Below are positions 12,896 to 23,496 of a DNA stretch of 64,000 nt, piece by piece (position 1 is the stretch's first letter; the number at the start of each line of letters is the position of its first letter). Source of the stretch: Octopus vulgaris (Eukaryota); the NCBI GenBank assembly GCA_951406725.2, contig OX597829.1:20150001-20214000 (forward strand), given 5' to 3'. The notes under the pieces are model-generated. The model saw only the letters and a program-made list of their open reading frames with translations, did not search any database and was not told the DNA's origin. A program made the translations under genes and the position numbers.

Positions 12896-13641
12896 TGTTG
12901 TGCCTTTAGTGAACTTAGTCTCATAACTATGCCTGAAATATATTTGCAAATACTGAATATATGGAAGATTTTGCTAACATAACATATTGAAATGAAGCAA
13001 ATTCCCAAAATTGTATCTAGTATTAAACAATCCTCTGTTTGTTGCTAATTAACATTGATATTACCTCTTTACCATTGAGCAATGAATATAAAAGTTCTCG
13101 TGTAATGCTAAATAACCTTTCCCACAGTCCTTGGTTGCAATTTCCAGATGTGTTAGATCCTCTGAGATTTATTACAAATCTTTCAGTATTTTTAACACCT
13201 GTTAAGACTTATCTCTTGAATTGTTGAAAACTTGTTACAAGAGAGCTAAAAAAAAGAAAAAGGTAAAAAAAAAAACATTCTTACATACGAAGGTAGTGAG
13301 CTGGCAGAATCATTAGCACATCAGACAAAATGTTTTAGCATTTCTTGTGTTTTTAGAAACATAAAGTTCAAATCCTGCCACAGTCAGCTTTGCTTTTATA
13401 CACTTTTGACATACTACACAGATTTTCTTTACTTTTTTATATCTCTAACTACCTTGAGTAGGAAACAAGCTGGTAAAATCCTAAAACTACCACCCTCCTG
13501 GCTCAACAGCTTACACCTGTTATCTAAGCCTCTTAACTATTTCATGCAATTATTTTGAATGTAATTGATTTATATCTGAACTTGAACCAGAAAATATTTT
13601 GTAAACTACACTCTTATGATGATTTTATTTTAACTTTTCAG

Positions 13642-13819
13642 TGGCTTTGATTTTGGTTACATGTTAAAAATTCTGACTAATAGCAACCTACCAGCTGAGG
13701 AAGTGGATTTTTTTGAGCTGCTGTCTATTTACTTTCCAAATATTTACGATGTTAAATATTTAATGAAGAGCTGCAAAAATCTAAAGGGTGGCTTACAAGA
13801 AGTTGCTGAACAACTAGAA
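13642..13819 (+). CDS. CNOT7: CAF1/CNOT7 coding exon 4
   Basis: Acceptor ttttcag|T. Translates GFDFGYMLKILTNSNLPAEEVDFFELLSIYFPNIYDVKYLMKSCKNLKGGLQEVAEQLE. Donor GAA|gtaagt; 178 nt. Confidence 0.97.
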
Positions 13820-14733
13820 GTAAGTGTTATCAATGTGATATTGTCAAAAAGCAAATTTTCAGGTTTATTCAACCAAGAAAGGAAATAAAATTAGATGTTT
13901 GCTAATTCTGATGTGAGATAAAAAAAAAAAAAGTTATTCAAAATTGCAAGGTGATGTGGTCTATATTTATAGTTTCTGAAGTAACACTGATACACTTGCT
14001 TTCAATGATACTGAAACAAGAATCATAAATTGTTGAAAGTAACTGAATCATTGTCAACGGCTGTGAGGAAATGAGATGTATTATAAGGGACAGCTACAAA
14101 CCCTTAAACTGATAGATGAAATATTGGAAGTAGTTGAGGGACTTTTAGCAAAGTTAGTGCAGAATAGGGCTTGCTTAAGATGCAGTAAGTTAACTCTTTG
14201 TTGGGACAGAATTAACTCTTGATATTATCTTTGGTAATACAGTTCTATATTTAAGAGATGAGGAATTAATCTTTGGTAATGTCTTTATACTATCTCTATT
14301 CTCTTAGAATAAAAGAATTGCAAATTTCCATTATCTTGTATCCCAGAAGTCTTGTTTTTTTTTTTAGCCCAGAGATATCCTTACTTTGCTGGAGATTAAT
14401 ATAGCTTTTATAAAAAAAATTATGTTGCTTTAATTTTCTAAGTCGATTTTCAAAAGTGGGCTACAAGCCATGGGTCATGATCTGGTGGGTTGCACTACTA
14501 AGACAAATCAAAGGTAGTATTTCATTGTATTTCGTTCAGAAAGTCCTGCAGGTTGGCCATGACTGATTTAGATTCTGAAGTCTACATGCAGTAGTAAACC
14601 GCTTGATCAAGCGCATTTCTTTGATTCTTTTCAAGCTAATTTGAATTTCCTTTTGCCACTTACTTTGCTTTGACCATACTTTGTTTTTAGAAAGTGCTGA
14701 GAAGAATTAGACCTCTTTGACCACACCCCAAGC

Positions 14734-14942
14734 TTAATCCTTTGGCATTTAAACCGGCCACATCCAGCCCAAATATTCCTCTCGTTTTATGTTCAAACAG
14801 GCCAGATGTGCTTCACACACAAATCCTACAATGTCATTCTAAAAATAATCAGATCATCAAAATCTCAAAGCTACAACATAATACATGGTTAATTCAAAAC
14901 TGAATAAATATATTTGGAGTAATCTGAATGCTAAAGGGTTAA
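14734..14942. mobile_element. piggyBac-type MITE, family A (in a CNOT7 intron)
   Basis: TTAA|TCCTTTGGCATTT...AATGCTAAAGGG|TTAA. Internally similar to the reverse complement of 160-385. Confidence 0.7.
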
Positions 14943-15141
14943 ACTTCTTAATTCCAGCTGCCTGGACACTTGGTTTGGTAGCTTAACTGAAAAGAATGCA
15001 TTAATATAATATGAATTGTAGAACATTATTTGGATCTATAGATTCTGGGAAAATTTGTTACATTTTAAGAGCAGTTTATGTCTTCAATTTGTTTCTTTGT
15101 ATTGAAATTTGAATAATCTTTGGATTTATTAAATATTGTAG

Positions 15142-15219
15142 ATTTGTAGAATTGGACCACAGCACCAAGCTGGTAGTGACAGTCTATTGACAGGAGCTGC
15201 ATTTTTCAAGATGAGGGAG
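15142..15219 (+). CDS. CNOT7: CAF1/CNOT7 coding exon 5 (HQAGSDS motif), followed by a GC donor
   Basis: Acceptor tattgtag|ATT. Translates ICRIGPQHQAGSDSLLTGAAFFKMRE. The exon ends GAG|gcaagt; 78 nt. Confidence 0.93.
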
Positions 15220-15355
15220 GCAAGTTACTTTGTGTAATCATTTTAAAGATTCTTTTAAAAATGTGGAGATTAGATGCACATGAAGCCTTCTTGAAACCTT
15301 GAATTTTTTTATATCCCCCAGTTTCTCTTGAAAGAAGTAAAATTTATAACGTAAT

Positions 15356-15657
15356 TTAACCCTTTTGATACCAACATACCTGAAACTACCTCTGGCTCTG
15401 TTAGTACAAATGTCTTGCTTTCAAAAGTTCTGAATTAAAATCTTCCACCAAACCTTAGTCATAATTTATGTTCCTAACACTAGCTGAATGATAACCAAGT
15501 ATTTTTACTAAATTGTTTCATCATCATCGTTTAACGTCCGTTCTCCATGCTAGCATGGGTTGGATGGTTCGACCGGGGATCTGGGAAGCCAGAAGGCTAT
15601 ATTTGAAATTGACAAACACAGAGCATCTCAAAATAAATATGGTAACAAAAGGGTTAA
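15356..15657. mobile_element. piggyBac-type MITE, family B, with a nested SINE fragment (about 15518-15598)
   Basis: TTAA|CCCTTTTGATACC...GGTAACAAAAGGG|TTAA. Same family as 24365-24593 and 52651-52881. Confidence 0.75.
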
Positions 15658-16190
15658 AATTTTTCGCCAAGGTTTTATGAAATGGTGGTTTGCAGTATGT
15701 TGCCTCCATGTGACAGTTATAAAAACACTGGAAAATATCTGGTTTACATGTTACTAAATCTCTCTCATACAACTTCATGTAATTCAAAATGTTGATAAAT
15801 ATTTTATGAAACCAGTCTAAATTAATGATTATTTTATTTTAATTGAAATGCATATTTTAGTATGAAATATAAAAAGGCTAAGTTCATTTTAGTATAGTGA
15901 AGGTAATTTTTTATTAACCTAGTAATGACTTGAGTATAATCTCTTCGAATTTTTGCAATTTTTGCCCTTGTCAGATCAAAGGTTCATTGGTTTTGGCAGG
16001 AGTTGTAGAGCAAGCTATAAATCAACATCTACACTATACTTTTTTTTTTTCCTTAACTACTGGGAGCATTGAACGTTTTTCATCAAAATAATTCAATATT
16101 TGATCAGTCATTCATGAAACTTACTTTGCTTTTAAAATTTTTTGTATAAACCGACTTCCAATTTTGATTATAATCATTTTTTCTTTTCAG

Positions 16191-16373
16191 ATGTTCTTTG
16201 AAGACAATATTGATGATGCGAAATACTTGGGTCATTTGTTTGGTTTGGGAACTCCATTTATTCAAAATGGCTCTAGTTATGAGAACAGTCATGTGTATGT
16301 GGCCCAGAATTCAACTATTCACAGTTCCAACAATGGGGAAGATTCTGGTACAAATCCTACAAATTCATCATAA
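16191..16373 (+). CDS. CNOT7: CAF1/CNOT7 terminal coding exon
   Basis: Acceptor ttcttttcag|ATG. Translates MFFEDNIDDAKYLGHLFGLG followed by an S/N-rich tail to TAA at 16371-16373. The spliced CDS is 912 nt (303 aa) with all DEDD(H) residues present. Confidence 0.96.
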   Translation: MFFEDNIDDAKYLGHLFGLGTPFIQNGSSYENSHVYVAQNSTIHSSNNGEDSGTNPTNSS

Positions 16374-17838
16374 CTACCAATGAAAAAAATTGACATAAAC
16401 ATTAAGTGGAAACGATCATTTTTCTTTTTTTTTTTCTTTTTTTTTTGTGCAGAATTTTGTATTCATCTCAATATTCCTCTTCATTAGGTTTTCCCACTTG
16501 ATCCATACATCTAAACATATGTAAATTTATCAACTGAATTGTTGTAAGACTTTAATTGAAAAATGCTGTTTTCTCCTGTTCTAAACAGACATAAAATATC
16601 TTACCAAAAACATAGTCACCATTGCTGTTAGCAGCCGTTGTAATTTTGTAGGAGACTGCATTTGTGAATTCTTCTGAGAAGTGCAAGTACATTACATCAG
16701 ATATGGTTTCCTTTTTTTTTTTTTTTTTTTTTTGTCTTTCCCCCACTCAACTCTTTAAGAGTTAGCTAGGTAAAAAAGCCTAAGCAAAAGAATGCAGAAA
16801 AACTTTTTTTTTTTTTTTTTTTATGCTTCAATGTTTTCTCTTTGTTTTCAAATTATTCAGTTACTGAAAATTAATCCTTACCAGCCCGTCTTCAAAGAAT
16901 TTACTGATTTAACATGAAAGTTTATTCCTTTAGATTTTATGAAAAGCGAAAATATATCCAATATCTTAAGGCATATGTATTGAGGTTAGATGTCAAGATT
17001 AATTTCTTATATACTGAAATTTATAAGATTATGAATTGATTTCCCTCCTACAGTAATAGTACCTATGATCACTCATATGTATACCTGTATGTTTCTCTTG
17101 CATTGTTCATTTCCTTTTTGTCATGTTTTTAAAAGTACATATGTCCCAAAGCAGTATCCCAAAGATTTTTTTTTCCCTTTGGAATATACAAAAATTAAGT
17201 TTACACAAGACCTTTATAAAGCTTGTTAGGTAAGGCTGTCTGCAAAGTTTATACTTGTTTTGTTTTGTTTTTTTGTTACCATACCTTTTACAAAGGCTGC
17301 TAATAGCACATTGCAACACTCGTATATCAAGTGTTGATCATGTGATTAAATAAATTAGCCACTTTAAAAGTAGGGCACTTTTGAAGGAGAGAATAATTTT
17401 AGAACATTATAATGCAGATCTTATCTAGAATGTTTACACACAAGCACATATACAAAAAACAAAGTAAGCAGTAACTGATTAAATAGCTGAACAAATTATT
17501 ATACAAAAGCATATGTGCACAGGTGACTGGTTAGTTGTAGAAAATATGTCTAGTTTGAAAGACTTCTCCCCCACCCCTCAAAAAAAAACATATTTGAACT
17601 TACAGAAACACTGCTATAAAAATTAAAATACAATGGTCTTATAATAGATAGCTAAATACATTAGCAAAATGTTTTCATTATCTTAATTTCTGTGTTTCTT
17701 TATTCAAATAGTTCTAGTATCATGTTACCGTTATATAATTCTTTTCACCTATTTACTATAATTGAACATGGCACATTTCATTAAAAAAAAAACAACTTTA
17801 ACTGCATAAAGACATTTTTCTTCTTCCATAACTATAAA

Positions 17839-17896
17839 AATAAATCAGTATTTTACTTTGATATGAAGGCATTTGGATAAAATATTTGTAAATAAA
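17839..17896 (+). terminator. Candidate polyadenylation signals of CNOT7 (3' UTR about 1.5 kb)
   Basis: AATAAA at 17839-17844 and 17891-17896, followed by a U/GU-rich tract (ttgtattgtcttttttc). The sequence from the stop codon to here is TE-free, and TE fragments resume at about 18070. Confidence 0.5.
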
Positions 17897-18497
17897 ATTT
17901 AACTGGCCTTATTAGATTGTATTGTCTTTTTCAGGTTTTTTAATTTCATTCAATTGAAAAGTAATTAGTAATATTGTATTATATGGGACAATGGTTGCAT
18001 TGTCATTTGTATGCTGAGCTACTCAGATATTTTCAGGGTCATTTGTCAGATTGATTTATTACTAAAGCAGGATTGACCATGTGGTAAGAAGTCTGCCTCC
18101 AAATCACATTGTCTTGGGCAAGTGTTCTACTTCAGCCTCTGGCTAGCTAAAATCTTGAGTGGATTTGGTTAATATTGTATGTCTGTTACTATTTGTTTTG
18201 CCATGACTTTGTTTTGTTTTGTTTTTTTGTTACCATACCTTTTGTTTGTAAATGAATAATTTAGCAAGCGTGATTTCAACCTTTTGTGAAAACCTGTTTT
18301 ACCATAGGGGTGGGGGAAAATATCTTGCTTGAAAACAGGAAGTTCCAGCAGTTACAAAAAATTGCTTCAACAAATTCTGCTTGACCCATGAAAAAGTGGA
18401 TGCTAAAAGTTTTTTTTAAACATTGTTTTAGTTTTGTTTTTGTTTTTTTTGTTTGTTTTTGCTGCTGCTGCTCTGGACCTAAAACTTGTACATACTT

Positions 18498-18536
<39 letters not shown>

Positions 18537-18924
18537 AACTACACTAAATTATTAGCTGAACTCTTACATTTTGGAAGTTTCTTTTAAGTTTAAATATTCA
18601 ACACCCATCTGATGTGGTGGGGGAGATGCTTTCTATAGGTTATGAACTTTAATTCTTTCCTAGAAAACATGTCAGCTCTCTTACATTCTCTTCCAGTTTC
18701 TCAGGGTTGAAAATAAGTACTAAGTCAGTCTAGTATAGCTGTGAATAAGCCAATCCATATTGAATAGTTGGTAAAATATCATGAGCATTATATATATAAT
18801 TTTCACTCTTTAAATCAACCATATCCAGTCCAAATATTCTACAAGTTTTATATTCAAACTGGGAATATCTAGCCTCTCACACCAAACCTACATTGACATT
18901 CTAAAAATAAACAGTCACATCATT

Positions 18925-19801
18925 TTTGCATTATGTCTTGAATGAAGTTTGGGATGTTATTAGGCTTGTGATCACAGCTTTTTCATCTGTGTTGCTTTTT
19001 GTTGAGTGGAAATCATTTCTTAGTGGTGTCCATTGTAAAATACTTTAGGTAAACCTGTTGGAACAGATGGGAGTCAAATCAGGACAATAGGGAGGGTGAT
19101 CAACCTGTTCAAAGTCTGTTCCATAGCAGCCACTGAAAGCAAGGACCTGTTTTCTGGAGCATCATCCTGATAAAACAAGACCCCCTTTCATAACTGCCTC
19201 TGCAGCTTGGAATAGTACTCTACAATTTCCTGTGACCCTTGTTGAAGATAACACTTTTGCATCCCCAAAAACTGAGGCATTCAACTTCCCTTCAGAAGAC
19301 ATGTCACCCACTGAGCAGAGGCAGCCATACCAAGCTTGTACAGAATATTCTCAACTCTCACGTGGTATGCTAATAGCATTGGCTATTTGATTTATAATCA
19401 ATTGCTTGTCATCATGTGATAATTTTTTTTCTTTTCCTTGGTGGTGGCACATCCAGGATGTTCAGGCCTTGAATCATCTTCAAAACTCTCCCTTCCCTGC
19501 CTAAATTCAAGCTACCCACTTTAGTATTGCTGATAAATCTAGCATTATTCCCTAATGTAGCAAGAATGTCAGCATGAATGCCCTTGGTGGGAGGGGACTA
19601 AACAGTTTTTCTGTAGGTACTTGATAACACTGTGCCAAATTTTGTCCATTTTTTTTTTACTTTTGAAGTCTTTGAACAGTCAGGTGTCATTTTACCTGGA
19701 AATAATAAGGGGGTGGGGTTGAAATTAATGCCTGCATGATTTCATAACTCTAGCATTACTCATTCATAGTCAGCCTATGGACTTTTCAACCCACCCTCAT
19801 A
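18925..19801 (-). mobile_element. Degenerate mariner transposon remnant
   Basis: TIR-like tatgagggtgggttgaaaagtccataggctgac on the minus strand at 19770-19801, followed by a decayed transposase N-terminus (MDKIWHSVIKYLQK...EFRQGRESFEDDSRP). Confidence 0.6.
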
Positions 19802-19829
19802 TTGGAGTTTTCACATAGTTGCTTGCCTG

Positions 19830-22800
19830 ATCACTTGATTGCATATTATTTTTTTTATTTTGTCAAGGAATTGACATTTGGTGCATGAGTTTGATGCAGC
19901 TGACCTCGTCTGCACCTCCTGCTGCGAAGTTGGTTCATCTGGGACACTTGACAGGAAGAGTTCCAGCTTTATTTTGAAGACACCTACATCCACCCCATGC
20001 AGGTTTCTCGGGTGCTTCAGGAGGGTATTCAAGAGCTGTGGGCCTCTGAAGCCAAGGATATTGCAGTATCTTGATGGCAAATTTGGAGTCCTTGGCACTA
20101 TGCAGTGGCCCCCAGTTCTAGTATTTGTGTAACTCTCAATGCCAAAAGTTTGGGACAAGTCCTTCCAGATGTATATTATGGCATGTATTTCTTGCCTACG
20201 CTCTTAGGAATAGTCTTAATCTCTTGAGTCTTTCCCAGTAGCTTATATGCTGCATTAGATTGCCTCAAGTTCTGAGATTAATTTGACACTGGTTGGTGAC
20301 CATAGCTGAGAGCAATAGTCAAAGTGGCTTAGGACAAGTGTCCTCCAGAGGACCATCATGGTTTCCTGATCTCTTGTTCTAAAAGTTCTAAGAATCCATC
20401 CAGTCGGCCGCCTGCATTTCATTGCCAATTTAGCAACATGTACATGAAAGTTTGCATCATTACTCATGTAAATGCCCATTGCAAGCTGATAGCACGAGGC
20501 TTGAAACTTTTCAGCATTAAACTGCATGCTATTCTTTTCAGCCTACTTGTGTATTTCATCCAGCTCACATTGCAGGTGCATAGTGTCTTCAGGGTTCTGT
20601 ATTACCTGTGAGACTTTTGTATCATCTATGTGGCTGAGGGCATGTCTGAGAGGGCCATTATGAACTGTAGTGGTCCCAAAACAGTGCCTTGCAGAACACC
20701 ACTCACTATTTACATGTCATTGGAGGTGGCCCCATTGGCAACTACCACCTAACTTCTATCTTTCAAAAAGTCATGAAGCCATTCTCCCAATTTTCCTACT
20801 ATGCTGAGATCATGCAGTTTGTGACATATCATTCCATGATTGACTTTATTAAAGGCCTTTGCAAAGTTGAGATATATCACTTCCACATTTGAGTAATTGA
20901 GCAGCTGATTCAGCACCCAGTGATAGTGTTGTAAGTGCTGAGTCAGGCAGCAAGTCGTTTTCTTCAAGGAAGGCAATTAGTTTCCTTCTTACTATTCGTT
21001 CCATGACTTTGCTGATGTGCGAGGTCAGAGAGATAGGTCTAGTTCTTGGCCTTTGCTCTGCTACCTCTTTTATGAATAGGGCATATTTTACTCTCCTTCA
21101 GTTTTCTTGGAAGTTTGCAAGGAAGCTCTGAAAGAGAGACTGCAGTGGTCTTGCTAGGAATAGCTTACATACTTTTAGGATCGCTGGGAATCCATCAGGG
21201 CCAGTAGCTGAGTTTGAGTTCATTTCATCTATTGCCCTTATTACATCGTCTTCCTTTATATTGATGTAATCGATCATCATTGCCTCTGTTTTTATATCTG
21301 CAGTGGTAAAAAAGTTAGTTGGATTGCTGACTTGAAAGTGCCCTAGGGATGGGGTGAAAATACTTTTGAATATCTCATTTAGTATTTCACTTATCGTCAT
21401 TGGGTTTCCTGTGAGTGTACCATCTTTTTTGAGGAGTTGGCCTATCTTGCAGTGCACTGAAGCTGTTTCTTCGGCATACCTGTAGAAAGCTCTGGGGTTC
21501 AATTTAATATTGTCTATAGCCCAGGTTTCTTTGACTGCTCTTTCTTTTTCATGGGAGAGTTGCGGATTTTTTTCAATCTCCAGCAGTTGTATTTTCAGGC
21601 GGGACTTTTCACTGCTTTCAATTTGTTTGTTTAGGCAATTTGAAACTTTTGTACGCCATCTTATAAGAATTTTCCTCTCCCTGGGGATTTTGTTCTTGTC
21701 TACAGTGGCCTTTCTCTCCAGGACACATTTGTAGCATATGGCTTGCATTACAGACATGAATTGTTGAAGTTTCATGTCAATGTCCGATGAGGAGAGACAT
21801 TTAGGCCAGTTTTGTTTGAGGATCTCTTTCTCAAATTGCTTCCAGTTTGCCTTATGGCAGTTCAAGCTGGAAAGATTCTGAGAGTTTCTTGTAGGCTGCA
21901 TGTCTATGGTTTCCTTTGGTCCATACATGGTCAGCTCTACCATGTTGTGATCCGAGAGTAGCATCGGTGTCACTTTCTCATTATGGATGAGATCCATATT
22001 ATTTATGAAGCAAAGATCCAGTATGTTACCTGCCTTGGTTGGTTGGAGTACGATTTGTTCCATGGACAAAGTGTTGATGAGGTTCAGGAGGGACTTCACC
22101 TGTTATTGTTTGCACCATGTCGTTACTGGGAGAGAGAAGCCCTCAGGTCATCTGACATTGGGCAAATTGAAGTCTCCCATAAGAAGTACACTTATGTGTT
22201 GTTCTAATGTGACTAGAACTTCTATTTTTGTAAAGCAGTCTTCAAACTTGCCTACATGATTTGGAACATCTGGAGGGTGATATGTAGCACATATAACTAC
22301 ACCGAGTTATCTTATATGTACAATTAGTGTGTCACATACTGAATTTGAGTGTGACAAAAGGATCTGGGCTGTGAGGTCTTCATGGATATACATAGCAACT
22401 CCACCATGACTCCTTTCTTTCCTGTCGGTCTGTAATACAATATACAGTGGTATGTGTATTTCTGAATTTGCTACATCTTGTTTCAGGTGTGTTTCCGTAA
22501 GTGCTATGCATAAGGTTTGATTGCATGCAACAAGGTCTCTCAAGAAAGGGATTTTTGTCCTGTTACTAAGTATTAAGTCCTCTGATATTCAGTAAGAGCA
22601 CCGATGTGATGTGTGTGTGTGTTGTTGCCAGTGGTGCCCACCTTGGGTCTATTTGCTGTGGTGGTCTTGTGTATTGGGGATAGTCCCATCTGTGAGATTG
22701 ATATAGCCAGGTCAGCTGCTGTACAATCTTTTGTGCCATGCACAAAAAAGATTGTTGTTCAGCAGCTGCTCTTTCAACATGTTGATAGGTCTGGTTTGTA

Positions 22801-23050
22801 GTATGCACTACATCTGCGTACTTCCATTTTGGGGCAGGCGGTGCGTTGTCCTTTTGTTTTGGCAGGTGGTTTCTGCCATGTTTCATGTTTATGTGGTGGG
22901 GTCTTTGGTGTGCAAGATGGCAGCCGTATATTGGCAATGTTTCAGATTTTCATTCCATCAACAAGAAATGGAGCAATTATCCAAATCGTCCCTTCCTATC
23001 CCTGTTATACCAAACATCATCCATTTATATGCAATCTCAATGATAGGCAC
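19830..23050 (-). mobile_element. Decayed CR1/L2-group LINE ORF2 (APE endonuclease + RT)
   Basis: LNIRGL and IALTETHL, SHGGVAMY, GDFNLP, NILDL, SDH (APE); ATGPDGFP; YLNFAKAFNKVNH; HFDYCSQLWSP. Many stops and frameshifts. Confidence 0.9.
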
Positions 23051-23341
23051 TAGGGTGGAGTGAAAAAAATTGTGGAGATTCCTGAAAGCTAGAATCTTGC
23101 TGTATTTGATTACTAGAAAATGCTTTATTTTCAGTGAGATCAATCGAGAGCATTTACTCCCTCAAGCCCCCTAAACTCAAAATGGGACTTTTGTAAAAAA
23201 ATTTACAATTGTGGGGTTTGGGTTTTGAGGGAATAAATGCTGATGTAAGTGAAAATTTGGCATTTTTCTTGTAACGATATATAGCAAGATTTTAAGCCTT
23301 GGAAATTTTCAATTTTTATTTTTTATTTTCACTCCACCCTA
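23051..23341. mobile_element. Foldback MITE with TAGGG termini (hAT/hATm-type non-autonomous), plus a partial copy at about 23366-23490
   Basis: Perfect TIR tagggtggagtgaaaa ... ttttcactccacccta, with internal inverted subsegments. No clear TSD. Confidence 0.7.
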
Positions 23342-23496
23342 ACATGTGTGTCCAGGTATATAGATTGTGGAGTGCAAATTTAAAAATTGTGGAAATTGAA
23401 AATGCCTGAAGCCTAAAATCTTGCTGTATATTGTTAGAAAAATGCCAAATTTTTGCCTAGATCAGTCAAGGGCATTTACTCCTTCAAACGTTAAAG

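Noticed and set aside
15143-15150. Alternative acceptor tttgtag| 8 nt downstream in CNOT7 exon 5
   Set aside because: It would shift the frame and destroy the HQAGSDS catalytic motif.
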